Part shown: positions 1-12,960 of the stretch, piece by piece
Numbering within the stretch: the first letter of the stretch is position 1
Layout of the letters: each line of letters begins with the position of its first letter
Origin: Paragordius varius
Lineage: Eukaryota; Animalia; Nematomorpha
Direction of reading: 5' to 3'
Length of the DNA stretch: 64,000 nucleotides
NCBI GenBank assembly: GCA_964247055.1
Contig: OZ176053.1
Location: 2,542,001-2,606,000 of the forward strand
Made by a program: the position numbers and the translations under genes
The notes under the pieces: generated by a model
The model's input: only the letters and a program-made list of their open reading frames with translations
Told to the model about the DNA's origin: nothing
Databases searched by the model: none

Positions 1-739
1 ACAAGTTTTGAATATATAACAATGTATTTAATATCATTGAAATAAATCAATCATGTAATAGTTATTTGGGTTTATAGGGTCAAAATTTTAAAACCAAAAA
101 TTTTCAAGAGACTAACTAATTTGAAAATCATATAAATTATTTAAATATAATTTTTAGGGTTATATTAGTATTCAATTAACACTTAGATACATACATTTAT
201 TTTAGTCCTTCGATTAAAATTGGGGGAGTTGGATAACCCAGGCCTGTTTAAAATTAAATACTCTAAAAACTATTTAAGGAATCAAAACCATGGCAAAATT
301 TTGGACCTATATAACATTAATAAACCGAAGCATATAAAAAATTTATTAAACAATACTTAATGTTACTTATTTAAATTTAAAACCGAAAGGTAAAAATTTA
401 GTCAACCTAACATATGTGCATTAGCAAAATTTAAAAAACCACTTTTTCTATTTCTATCAATGATAAATGTAATTTATACAAAATAGCTTTAATTTTGACG
501 TTAGAATCAAATAAACACGATATTTTGCAAAAATTTTGTAAAATAAAATGGGCCGAAGTAGATTGACATGGAACTTTTTTTTTCAAAACAAAATTTTATT
601 TAGATATCTTGGCTTTTTATATAATTTTTATTAGGAGAGAAGCATAAATTTAAATTGGGACTGCTTCCTTCATTAGTTTTAAAAATACAAATTTAAATTT
701 ATTTTTATTCTGGGGTATTTAGATACCCCAAATTGAATC

Positions 740-1427
740 AATGTGTTAAAACAAAATCTTCAAAAAAGCCTTTGGTTTTTTTAATTAAAATTATTATTAT
801 CATAATCTTTTTATTTAGTAGAGAATAAAATGTATAGTTATAACTGTAAGTTTATTGCATGGCTATAAAAGATCAAGAATACCTTAAATCAAATTTTTGT
901 CATCAAATTTTGAAATTATAAAATTAATTAATATTGATAAGATGGTATTTTTTCAAAAACAAAGAACTCAAAAATGGCTGTTTTGAGTGACATAAAAACG
1001 ATAAAAAATGTTTTCATCAAAAAAAACTTTCTTGTATTATCTTTTTTGGACATTCATCATCATGTAAACAAAGTTTGAGCTATTTTAATCCACTAGTTTT
1101 AAAAATATAATAATTAAAAAATATGCTCTCCCTTCGCGCGTTTGTCGCTCTTTGTGTCCAATATTAACTCTCGATGTAATACATATTAGTGTGCATTTTA
1201 TAGAGTTTTCATTTATCTTTCGAATGATATATTACAAATGGGCCTTTGGTATATTTTTATAGAAAAACATTTTTTAGTAAAATTTTGATGAAGAGGGCGC
1301 ATAATCAAAAAAATTAAATTATACAAAATTCTTAGGTAGAATTATTGATTTGGATTTACTGTAAAAATATACTAAATATCAAAAAATGCTAAAGAACTTG
1401 AGTGGCAGAAAAATTTGTTGTCTAGTG
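740..1427 (-). mobile_element. Partial inverted copy of the CACTA-like non-autonomous element at 34419-35518
   Basis: 1381-1427 (...GAGTGGCAGAAAAATTTGTTGTCTAGTG) is the reverse complement of the 34419 terminus. 760-890 matches the reverse complement of ~34970-35100. Left end not resolved. Confidence 0.7.
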
Positions 1428-2583
1428 TTATGATCCGCAAATAAATATGGATTTTTTCATATACCCTTTCAAAAAAATTTTAAGCGATATGGTACCTTAG
1501 GTTTTCAAAAAATGTTTAACCATAGAAGAGGATTTCGGAAAGTTTCTATCTATGATCTATAGAGGAGTTCAAAAAATTCATTTAAATAAATGGCCTATTT
1601 GGAAGATCAAAAGCATTTTTTTATTTTTATTATAAAAACGTTAAATGATCCTTTTTAGGTGATGAATTTAAATTTTATTTAAAATACTTTGATCCAAAGT
1701 GTCATTTTTGAAATGGATGATATAACAACTAGCAATGATGTCTCTACATGATAATATTATTATCCGGAGCAAGGGTGTCATGCGGTTGTCTAAGAAATTA
1801 TGTGCCGCCTGCCAAAAATTTTCGAAATCGCATAATAAATAAAAATTCCAAAAATGCAAAAAATGCACACATAATCTTGGAATTGATATTTTTTGTAATT
1901 TTGAATTAACTCTCCACAGCGAGGGCAAACATTGAATAGTTATATTTTCTGCACTTACAGTCTTATGTAATAAAATATTTAAAAAATGGTTTTATTTTTT
2001 CAATGCGGACTGCCGAATAATTTGCGTTAAAACTAAGACACTAAAAGCTATTTGTATTGGACATCTTCGATCTAGAGCTTTTTATATAAGGTTTCTTTAT
2101 TTTACCCACTCCTGATAAACAATATTTATACCCGTAAAAATTGCCAAAATATGTTTGGACATGGAAAGTGCCTTATTAAACCTTTAAACTATTCCACATG
2201 TCCCAAGTACTAGCTAGAAATTTAGTTTTAGGTTTTTATAATTTTTATAAATCATATATCATTAACAAGGATATGAATATCGAAATGATAAATGCGGTTA
2301 CATAATTTTTTTAAATACTACTTGTATCATCCAAAACTGAGAAATCGCATTTTTATCGGACATTCGGTCGAATATAGATATATGTTACTGAGGAAAACGT
2401 AAGATATTTATAAAAATATTCCTAAACGCAAATGTAAATCAAGATTTTACATTTTATTAGGTATTTGAAGAACCACAAGAACTTATAAAATCGCTTTTTT
2501 AAAGTTGAATTGAAAAAGTTGCAAATATGCAGTAAAATATTATAATTTATATTTTACCCATAACATATATAATAATATATATA

Positions 2584-3161
2584 TTAGCGTAAATCTCGTG
2601 CTGCTACGCAGCCCGAGGAAATCCTTAGGACTTCTGGGGGAGGGGGGTGTTATTTGAAAAAAGGGACAATAAAATGATCCACATATGTGGATTATTCGAA
2701 ACATTTTTTAATAGCTATGATCTCATAGGAAAACGGTGCATTCATACTAGGATATTGTTTACTTGGGGGGAAAATAGATTAAAATTATTTTTGTGGAATT
2801 AGTTTTTTTGAAAAAATGGCTAATTACGTGGGGAGCGGGTAAAAAGAGGGCATAAATTAAAAAGCTAGCCGACTATGTTCGGCGCAATCGAAAATAAGTA
2901 AACATCATATTTAAAATTGAATGGTCCGACACGTTTTCCGGATAATTATCTCAATGACACGAGTGGATTTATGTTTTCAAAAAACCCCGTTTTTTACACG
3001 GGGTGGGCCCGAACTGGGGGCCTAATACAAAAAAAGGTCTAAGCTATTGTCAGGGCATTTATTAATGATTATTTTTTTCGACATTTATATTCGAATGGGT
3101 CTACCGGTTTTCCGGAAACAGATCACAAAGCCAGCATTTTCCATTTTTATAAATATATAGA
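2584..3161 (-). mobile_element. Non-autonomous Helitron-like element (578 bp)
   Basis: On the minus strand it starts A|TCTATATATTTATAAAAATGG (3161) and ends CTAA|T (2584). A hairpin CTCG-T-GCTGC-TAC-GCAGC-C-CGAG (2595-2617) lies just inside the 3' end, and there is no TSD. These are Helitron hallmarks. Interior shared with 12560-12960 and 59235-61318. Confidence 0.75.
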
Positions 3162-3175
3162 TTCACAATATAGAG

Positions 3176-3974
3176 CACGGGTGGCCAACCTTATTTTCCG
3201 CTGGCTACTTTTTGGAAAAAAATTAACGCGGTTACGCATTATTAGGTATTAAAAGATTCATTTATCACTTTAACACAAATATATGTATCTCTATTTATGG
3301 ATTGAGATGACTAGCACAGGGCATTTTAAAATGAATCTCACAAAAATAATTATTTTTGTATAGTTTTTTATATCTTAATTTTTACAAAATACTATTGCGA
3401 TGATTCGGAAGACCTCTGTTTGCCACAATCAATACACATACCAAAACATTGACATTTTTCAATTTATTAAATTTACAATGGATAATTAACTGTACATCTT
3501 GTGACTGAGTTTAGATGATTGAAGTAAAAAATGGATTTGTAGCCCTTGGCAGAGATCTTAATTTACCAGATTTTATGTGCTGCATGCCAGGTTTTTGGAC
3601 ATATGCTTCAAGATAGTAAATTCCATCAAATCGAAAAAAGTATCGTGCTGAAGTTTTAACAGATGTGAAATGGTTAAATCATGCTGCATTTTTAAAAAGC
3701 TTAAGACAATTTTTACTAGAAATATACCTATTACAGAGGAAAAATTATTCACATCCACTATTAAAGATTTAAAATCGCTTCTTAATCTAGATTTTTTATG
3801 CAATATCTGAGAAAATTTCACATTACAAATCAAAAATAAATTAAAGAAAATAATTAGTTTGTGAAAAACATTCTATGCCAAAATTTTTTTTATTTTTTAA
3901 AAAAATTTCAGGCAGGTACACGTTTTGGAATCTCGCGGGCACGAAGACCGCGGTCTACCGTTTGGCCACACCTG
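3176..3974. mobile_element. Internally deleted hAT element (Charlie/Buster-like)
   Basis: Imperfect TIRs CACGGGTGGCCAAC (3176) and GTTTGGCCACACCTG (to 3974). Perfect 8-bp TSD ATATAGAG (3168-3175; 3975-3982). ORF 3573..3833 loosely resembles a decayed hAT transposase segment. Confidence 0.8.
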
Positions 3975-4733
3975 ATATAGAGCATTTGAAAACGTAAAGC
4001 CATATATAAATTGAGAAATTTATTAGATAATTTGCACCAAAGCATAACTATAATTAAAACTTCTCCATAGCTATACAAAGTGCAGAAAAACTATCGATTC
4101 ACATTGTTTTTTGCCTAATATCCAGGATTGGCGAAACTGCGCCAAAAAATTATGATTTTTTGACAAAAAAATTCTTTGATAAAATAACTCGATCGATAAA
4201 AGTTACTTTCCGCAATATGTATAAAAAGCAGAATAAATATGAAATGTTTTATTGATATTATACGCGATTTCCGCTGCATACATAATTTATTATATATAAT
4301 TAAAAAATTAAATTACCACATAATAGCATGCTTTTTAATTCATTTAAAAGTTTGATTTTTTAGTAATAAGAGTTGTTAAAATCGTAAGATAACAAAGGAA
4401 AATTAAATAGAATTAAATGAAAGTATATTTAGCTTCAATTCTTGTTAGTATTCATTTTTAATGTGCGAGTAAAATGCGATTTTTTTCGCTTTACTTATTT
4501 AGTGTAGGGTGGATGCAAACACCCGTCACTGCGCCCACATGGTATAATGCGACCCATATGATTTTGTCCAGAAATGCGGCTCGCAAAACCATTGGGCTGT
4601 ACCCTTTGCCCTATATTATCCTCATGATAATATATTTTGTCTAACCTTTTCTAAGGTTTATAAAAAAACATTTTTGCCATACGTATAATATTTGGGTAAC
4701 GTATTCATTTAATTTTAATTCATATAATCATTA

Positions 4734-4952
4734 TTATATAAGTATGACAAATATTAAAATTAAAATCTTTAAGGCGTTTTTAAACATGGTTTTGAATCTG
4801 TCACCAAATTTTTGTTGAGCAAGTTTTTTCGATATCTGGGGTTTATTTTTAAAGCTATCATCTGTTAGTATTGTATCTCTAGAGCAATTTCCCTTTTCGT
4901 GCCTGGAAAAATAATTAAATTTGCAATTTTGACAAACGTATATTTCATCCAT
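4734..4952 (-). CDS. Orphan 72-aa ORF with N-terminal CxxC and hydrophobic C-terminal tail
   Basis: ORF track MDEIYVCQNC...KNALKILILIFVILI, starting at a real ATG. No recognisable homology. Confidence 0.2.
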   Translation of the reverse strand: MDEIYVCQNCKFNYFSRHEKGNCSRDTILTDDSFKNKPQISKKLAQQKFGDRFKTMFKNALKILILIFVILI

Positions 4953-6477
4953 TCCTTTGATAAAGTTGCGTATTCACCAAAACAATCGTAATGTTTTAAA
5001 TATTTAATAAAATATTTATATGAATTATAAATGGATATATATTAATATTGTTATGATTCTCAACAATCAATATATTCTTATTGATTAGATAATATACAAT
5101 TTTATATTATTAAAAACGCTTAAATTTAAAATTCTGGAAAATATTAACTTTCCACGGTTGCAATGTCATATAAGTCCCAATAATAAATGGTAAAACCTAA
5201 AAACAATATTTATATTATTATGTCATTTTACATTTGACTTTTACATATAATAATTTAATTTAATTAATTATTTATGATGTTTTGATGTTTTTACATGAAT
5301 AATTTTTTGTTTTAAAAAAAAATATTTTTAAATTAAAAATTAAAATGATAACAGGTATGTATGTCCCACCCATGCATGCTATTTTAATTAATCACACAAT
5401 GATAATAAAAATATTTAAATTGGCTTTAATACAAAAAAAGGTAAAATTATTTCCGACTAAACGGATATTTTTAACTAAATAAATCAACAAAAATTATAAT
5501 TTGAGCCAAAAAATGAAAAAATAACCCCCTTAATTTGGTTTTATTAAAAGCAACTTTTATATATATATATATATTAACCGTTATATGACAAAAAATATTT
5601 GCAATTTGGACTAATCATTTTAGATAACATTTTTAATAGGGATAAAATTGATTAAAATTTAAACATTACTGGAAGATTTTATATAATTTTATAATTTTTT
5701 TTAAAACTTTTTAGCCTAAATATGGCTTACAAATGGAACACCTGAGATCTTTGTATTTTTATACATATTCGTTTGGATAGTTTGCTAGGCCAGAATATAT
5801 ATAAAAAATGGGAAAAATATACATCCTCTTAAAATAAACTGGAAAATAAATGTATTTTAAACTAATGGCATCAAAATACACAAAATATATAGTATTTTTT
5901 ATTTTAAAGGTGTTTAAAACACTTGTTAACCAAATTTAACATTGTGGATTTCGCAGTGAATAAAGTATGAAATATATGCATTGCTCGAATCGTTCAAGGG
6001 TTCAATAAAAACTTGATATTTTACACATATTTTTAAACTCATTATTTAACATTTCGTCTCGATAAAATATTGCCTTAATAAAAATTGAATTGGCGGAGTT
6101 ATGATTTCGATATCTCGTAATTAACCATATATATACGCTTTGAAAACTGTTTTAATTTAAGAAATTAGTAAAAGTATTAACTAAATAATTTTTTGACATA
6201 ATACCATATAGTTATATTATATACAATAGAAACTTTACGTTGCATTGTCAAATATTTGATTATCATTTGCATCAAATATCTTATTAACATCATCAATGAT
6301 AAAACGTGCGCATTCCCATTATATGGTAAACTTTTTAAACACCTTCAAATATTTGTCTATGACGATTGTCACTTTAGCCTAAAAAATATAAGTAACTGGA
6401 CTTACTTTTTTATTAAAAGGGACATTTATTAAGTTATCAACTGATCTCTTAATAATTTATAGACGGAAAAACATTTA

Positions 6478-6703
6478 CAGTCATGTATCCTTTATTTTAT
6501 CAAAAATTTATTTTTTTTTCGTTAAATGGGTATAAATATTTGGTAAAGAATGAAAAAAAAACAAGAACTCTATGGTAATTCTTATACTTTTTGATGATTA
6601 TGATATTGTTAATACCATAAGAGCTCTTGTTTTTTTCCATTCTTTATCAAATATTTATACACATGAAAAAAAAATTTTTGATAAAATAAAGGAAACATGA
6701 CTG
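6478..6703. mobile_element. Fold-back MITE, Tc1/mariner-type ends
   Basis: TA|CAGTCATGTATCCTTTATTTTATCAAAAATTT ... AAATTTTTGATAAAATAAAGGAAACATGACTG|TA. The arms stay complementary for ~100 bp around a short loop. TA TSD. Confidence 0.85.
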
Positions 6704-7330
6704 TATTTTAATTTAAAATTGTGTTTTGTTAGTTTAGGATAAAAACAAAAACTTGACAGGACAATAAAAGCGAGGAGAAAAAAAGGGTAGTGTGTACCTA
6801 CACACGTTATCATCCAAATTTGAAATGCGTCCAAAAATATTTAACCATACACTATCGTAGTACTTTTGGGCGGAGTAATAACGATATATTTGGATTATAT
6901 TAAGTAAGTATTCACACGCGGATAGTTACGTGTTGTTTTGTTTTTAGCTTTATTAATATTGTTTTTGTTTTGAATGTAAAAAAAAGTCAAAATAAAAGAC
7001 AAAATAAAATTATTATTTATGATAATATAATGAATGATAAAGTGTGTGATCGCCGCACATGCATATCGCATTTTGGTCAAAACAACTATATCACTCACTA
7101 CCCAATATATAAATACCATATAAATTATTAATTTGTGTGTTATTGTGTTTATCTTAAAATAAACCTACTTTATTTTAATAATTTATATTTATCATAAATT
7201 TGTTTTGTGATAAAAGGCAGAAAGCATCATTATCTCTTCATACATTGTTTTTAGTTACCTGTCCAAAAAATATCATGTCCATTGATTGAACATGACATCA
7301 TTTAATTATTAATTTTGTTTTATTCTGCAG

Positions 7331-7365
7331 CCCTTAACAATTCGAATTATTCCAAATATACAAAG
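7331..7365 (+). other. Candidate non-coding micro-exon (possible distal SoxD 5' UTR exon)
   Basis: Flanked by TTCTGCAG| and AAG|GTAAGT. A further TAA|GTAAGT donor lies at 6904 and an acceptor TATAG| at 16405. Confidence 0.3.
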
Positions 7366-10213
7366 GTAAGTTTTGGTTATTTCAATATATACGATGTTTA
7401 ATAATTATATATTGGAATTATAAAAAAATAAGGGCCTATATTTATTAAATAACTCATGTCTTATTCTAACAGGCCATTTTCTGTTTTTAAAATACATTAG
7501 CGTATGGTAATGTAAATAGTTTGTCCCTAATTACAGTAAAAATCTAATTTTTATACAGACGAATTGTGAAAACTTAAAAACAAAATTTTTTAAAGATAAT
7601 TATATTATTTAATTCTTTAGTTTTTTAATCTGTTTTAGGTAATAAGATATTGATTTTAAATAATAAAACATGCAGTTATATTTAAATTGATATATACAGT
7701 ATGTACATTAATGTGGTCAATTTGGATTATTTTCGGCCAATTTGTAATACAGTAGTTTATGGGTAAAAAACAACGAATGAATAAAATTACATTTTTTTCC
7801 TATCTTACAACCATAATTTTTATTTATTTATGGACAAAAATTATATTATATACATTACTTTACCAATTGGCTAGCATTAATGTGCAAACTGAACTTGCAG
7901 GGAAAATAGAGGTTAAAATTATGATCATCTTTAAAATATATTTATTTTTGGGTCTTTTTACTTTTCGTCTATAATTTTAATGTGTTGTTTTTTCAATACA
8001 TATTGTAGAATCATTAGAATTTTAATCATTATAGCTCAGCGTATCATCCAGAAATTAAGCCCCATTAGCTAAAGGCTAAAAAAATAGGGTTTATAATTAT
8101 TTTAATTGTTTTAAATTATTTATATATGATTATATATTTACACATTAATGGAAAAAATTATAAATGAATTTTGTTAAAAAAAATTAACTTTTCTCCAATA
8201 AAAGTCAAGATGTAGCAGACTTTAAGCATATTACATCGCCAACTTTTTAATTTTCTTAGCTTTACTATATGGTTTATTACAATTTAATATTTTCTAATAA
8301 CACCATATATTCCAATTAAATATTACTCAATTGACATATAAAATAAAAAAATCTTATGATGCTGTCTTGAATAAAAATCATATTAATATTTTTTTAACAT
8401 ATTCGCCTTTTGAAGGCCCTAAAATGGACAAATTTGCGTTCTGTATTATAAACAGTAAAAAGCGGGGGCAAAGCCCTTAAAAATTATAGAAAATAAATAG
8501 ATTGTTACATCTTTGAAATATAATTTAGCGATTGTTAATTTTAGAGACTGCTAAAATAATTAAAACCTTTTATATTGGGACATTTATATACTCGAAAATT
8601 ATGGCCCTAAATATATTATTTTTATATATTGAGTTTTATATTTAAGTACCTTAAAAATTTTTTGGGGTGGTTTACCCCTCTACGAATTAAAATTTGGATC
8701 TAAAAAAGTATTTAAGATAAATTGATCTTTTTTATTCTTTTTTTTTGGGGGGAATGTTTATTAACATATGAAATTGTCTTTTTCGTCGCCACTTTTGGAA
8801 TTTTCTTAATTGCTGACAATACAGGTTATGTAAATAAATTTATTTTATGGTTAATGCAAATAATTAACTATAGATGGCTTTCAAATTGCATTTTACCAGC
8901 AGAGTTTCGATATTTTGTCATTTTAAAATCACCAGTTCATTTGAAACGAGTTTCGGAGCTATAATTTGCAAGTTAAAAAACTGTAAAAAGAATTACACAG
9001 AGACAATTTTGATAACTAAATTTTAATCTAATTAAATTTTGAAACATCAATTATCAAAATGTACCCTTCAAAATTTAAAAGGTTAGAGGATGTGTAGGTA
9101 CAGACAAAATCGGTGTAATTCTTATATTCTGAATCATGGTACTTTTGGTTTTAGGCCTCTGCGTGATTTAAAACAGTTATTAATCTGTTGATTTCTCTGT
9201 GCAAATATGCGCTTATTACCCTAATAATTTTGTTTAAATTCTGAATGCCTCATATTCAAAAATATTATAAGTTTAAATTATAGTATTCTCCGGCAAAAAT
9301 GATTATAATCGTAAAAGCTTCAGGGTAATGAATACCAATGATCAATGCGATTGAAATACGAGAAAACAAGATATTTTAATATTTTTTAATCAGCCAAAAT
9401 CAAAAAATCGCATTTTTATAGCACATTAGGTCGAATAAAATCAAATACAATATAAGAAAACGCGTCAACTAAATTTTATCTCTTAATGTTTTTCATAAAG
9501 TATGTCATAAACGCAAAATATTATCGGTAAATATTTATTATTTCAGAGCTCCTAGAAAGACGTATGAAGTTGATAAATAAAATTTTGGCATATTTAAATC
9601 AAAATCGGTAAAATATTTAAATTTTAAGCAATATCTTGTTTTAACAAAAGAAAATTTTATGACAAGTTGCACCAAAAATTAAGTAGCGTATAATTACACT
9701 TCCAATATATATTTATATACTATACTAATACTATAGTGGATGTAGACATCTATCACCTCAGTTTTTTAAGGGCATAATTTACCCAAAAATTGGGATTGTT
9801 TACTTTAGCGCCATTTTGACTTTTGATTCCAGATTTCGGGAAAAACTCCCTAAATAAAAAAGCCAAGATGTCCTCACGATTTGCCTAGAAAAATATTTAT
9901 AATATATATTGGATTTTGTAAAAATTATCCGCGCTTTACTTTGGTGTAAATTATCAAAAAAAACATTTTTAAGATTCATATGATTATTTAAACGCGATAA
10001 ATTGAGTAAGTCATATATATTATATGTATACAAACTCTTTTCCCGCATAATAACAAGTTTATATGATTTTTAAATCAGTTAATTCTTGTAAATCTTTCTA
10101 GGACTTCTGAATGGCCTAGCTTTTTGAAATAACGCAAAAATGCCGAGATCCCGCGATAAACAATATTAGATTATGACATTAAAAAATTTAAAAAAGCTTC
10201 AATTTTTTTAATA

Positions 10214-10703
10214 TACCATTTGCACTTCAAGGACCTGAACACTTCAAGGTGGTTCTTTGACTTTTTTGCTTCGTTTTTAACTTTTATCAATCAAATCGTC
10301 AATCATTCATCTATTTTATCGTTTTTAACATATTTTCTATTATTTAACATAAATTTTAAATCAATATCAACTTTTAGTCATTGAAAAACTGTATAACTTT
10401 ATTAATTTAATTTTTGGATATTTATAAGATTTTAAGACATATTTAAATATATATGTTTTCTGGGTTATTATTTACAATTTTTTATTGAAAACATTAAAAA
10501 GTTAATAATTTTGTCAAATTGGAAAATAAAAGTTTAAAATAAAAATTTTGAAAAAAAAATTTATTTTTAAATGAATAAATATATAATAAATAAAGAAAAT
10601 TAGGTTAAAAAATGAAAAATACATGAAAAAAATTAAGGACCAAATTGAAGTGTTCAAGGACCAACTTGGAGTGTTTAAGGATAATCCTGAAGTGAAAATG
10701 GTA
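10214..10703. mobile_element. MITE with TACCATTT(G/T)CACTTCA TIRs
   Basis: TA|TACCATTTGCACTTCAAGGA ... TCCTGAAGTGAAAATGGTA|TA with TA TSD. A shorter relative lies at ~24536-24691. Confidence 0.7.
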
Positions 10704-10995
10704 TAATTTGATGATGCTAAACATTCACAAGCTTAAACAATTCGTAGTAGCTAAACCCTAACAATTATTTGAGTGTGAGCTTTAGATATTCAAATATATT
10801 TATGCCACAAATTTATTTTTTTTAAAAAAATTAAACGACCAATATTTTGTTTAGAATTTATTGTTACTTATGCAACCGCTTATTCGTATCAGTAGAATAA
10901 TATATAATAACACTTAAAAACATGCATTTTTGATAATAGTCAATGGAATGTTTGCGGGACTACAATTTTTATTCTTATTTGTAATTTATAAAATA

Positions 10996-12960
10996 CTAGC
11001 TGGCCCTGTCACATCTTGCATCCTAATTTGCAATAAATAGAGGTAATGGAGATAAAAAAAATAATAAAAATTATATTTAATAAAAACAATGTCTTTGATT
11101 ATTCTTTTACGGGTTTTAGCATAGGCTATATTGTTTATCGAAATCGACCATATTTAAACTGTCCCTAATTTAAGTTAATATTCAACTATCATTGGATTTA
11201 TTTTAAGATTTTCGTTTTACAAAATCATGGTTAAAAGTTTTTTTTTGAATTTGTGTTCACACAGCTGGATCAAGGGATATAAAAATAAATCATTTGTGGT
11301 CCCTTATTAAAGAAAAGAATTATTTTACACATTTTCCCCAGAAATGTGTTTAACTGAACTCGTACGGCTTCTTATGTTGAAAATTGTAGACCCCTACCCA
11401 TAGACCTATATGGAAAAAGCGCTGAGTTAAATTTTTTGCCTTTATGGCAAATATTTGGAATCCTCTTTGATACCATCGTCTCATGGGTTATTGGAATACC
11501 TCAACACTAAATAATCGTTATATGATGGCATATTTTTAAGGCGTATACCAAATTAACGGCTAATAAAAAACGCTTGACCTTTATTACCTAGTTACGGGAA
11601 ATATTTTAAGCCTTTGATGAGCTCATATGGCTTCATAAATTTTTTGTTAATTAGCTCCAAAATAAAAATATAGTGGCGCAGTTTTTGGCTGTTAGCTCCT
11701 TACCCAAAGGTAAGTTTAAAAAAGCGTTGGACAAAATTTTTGCCTTTATATTGGGATTTTCTGGAATTATCATGGATTCCATATATTCTTTTAGGACATA
11801 TAGATTTCTCAAATTTGGCTCCAAATGCATGCTGTATCGATATGGTGACGCAGTTTTACGCGGGTAGCCTAACCAGGGTGAAACAAAAAAACGCTCGATT
11901 ATATTTTTTGCCTTAATTCGGGTAATACCTGGAATGATTGATTCCATATGCTCTTGTGGGATTTTCGAAAAATTGCCTGAAAACCAAAAAGTCATTTTAT
12001 AGTGGCGCATTTTTCTGGAGGGCCTAATTAAGGGGTAATGTCATAAAACCCTCTACTTAATTTTTTGCCTTTTTACGGGTAATATTTCGGGCTCTTATTA
12101 TACTTATGTGGCCTTGATATGTTTACTGAAAATTACTCCTTTCGATATGGTGGCGCAGTTTTAGGCGAGTAGCTCCCTACCCAGAGGCTGATACAAAAAA
12201 GCGCCTGATTAAATTTTTGCCTTTACGGAGAATACATGTAATCATTGATTTCATATCGTCTTATTAGTTTTTGGAAAAATTGCCCAAAACTAAAAAATCA
12301 TTCTATGGTGGCGCATTTTTTAGGGCGTGAAGGGCTTAATTAACGGCTTTTTTTAAAAAACCGTATGACCTAAATTTTTGCTTATGGGTAATATTTTAAA
12401 TACCTGTTGAACTCATATGGCCTGATAGGTTTTCTGAAATTTGCTCCAAAGGTTGGCTATTTCGATATGACGGGGCAGTTTTTAGCGGTTATTTCCTTAC
12501 CCAATACGACCAATATTTTGCCTTTTAACAGGGAATATCGGCATATTTTTACGGTCTCATACCCTGGGCGAAAAAATAGATTTAAAAAATTATTTTTGTG
12601 GACATTTTTTTGAAAAAATGGCATTTTACGGGGGAAGGGGTTAAAAGAGGGCCTAAACTAAAAAAGCGAGCCGACTATGTTCGGGGTAATCGAAAAAAGT
12701 GAAAAAAATCACATATGAAATCGAATGGTCCACACGTTTTCTGTAAATTGCCTAAAAGACACATTTTTTATGGACTACTTTTTCAAAAAAAACCGTTTTT
12801 ATATAAGGTGGCCCTGAACTGGGGGCCTATATCAAAAAAAGGCGAAGCTATTGTCGGGGCATTCATTAATGATTATATTTTTTCGACATTTGGATTTGGG
12901 GTCTACCGGTTTTCCGGAAACATAACAGAAGCATTTTTAATTTTTATAAATTTTGAAAGA
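10996..12960 (-). mobile_element. Older Helitron-like copy with internal tandem array
   Basis: 12560-12960 is homologous to 2770-3160. Candidate 3' end CTAG|T at 10996-10999 on the minus strand. The 5' end is degenerate, and continuity across 11000-11340 is not proven. Confidence 0.5.
11340..12530. repeat. Degenerate ~150-170 bp tandem array (about 7-8 units, two alternating types)
   Basis: The motif ATGGTGGCGCAGTTTT...CTCCTTACCC...TTTTTGCCTTT recurs near 11521, 11671, 11840, 12000, 12148, 12305 and 12468. Confidence 0.75.

Noticed and set aside
177-200. TAACACTTAGATACATACATTT as left TIR of the CACTA-like copy ending at 1427
   Set aside because: It is too degenerate, and the flank (TAA) does not match the TTA at the right end.
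11340-12530. Regularly spaced repeats as a possible CRISPR array
   Set aside because: The context is eukaryotic, the units are degenerate along their whole length with no unique spacers, and there are no cas genes.
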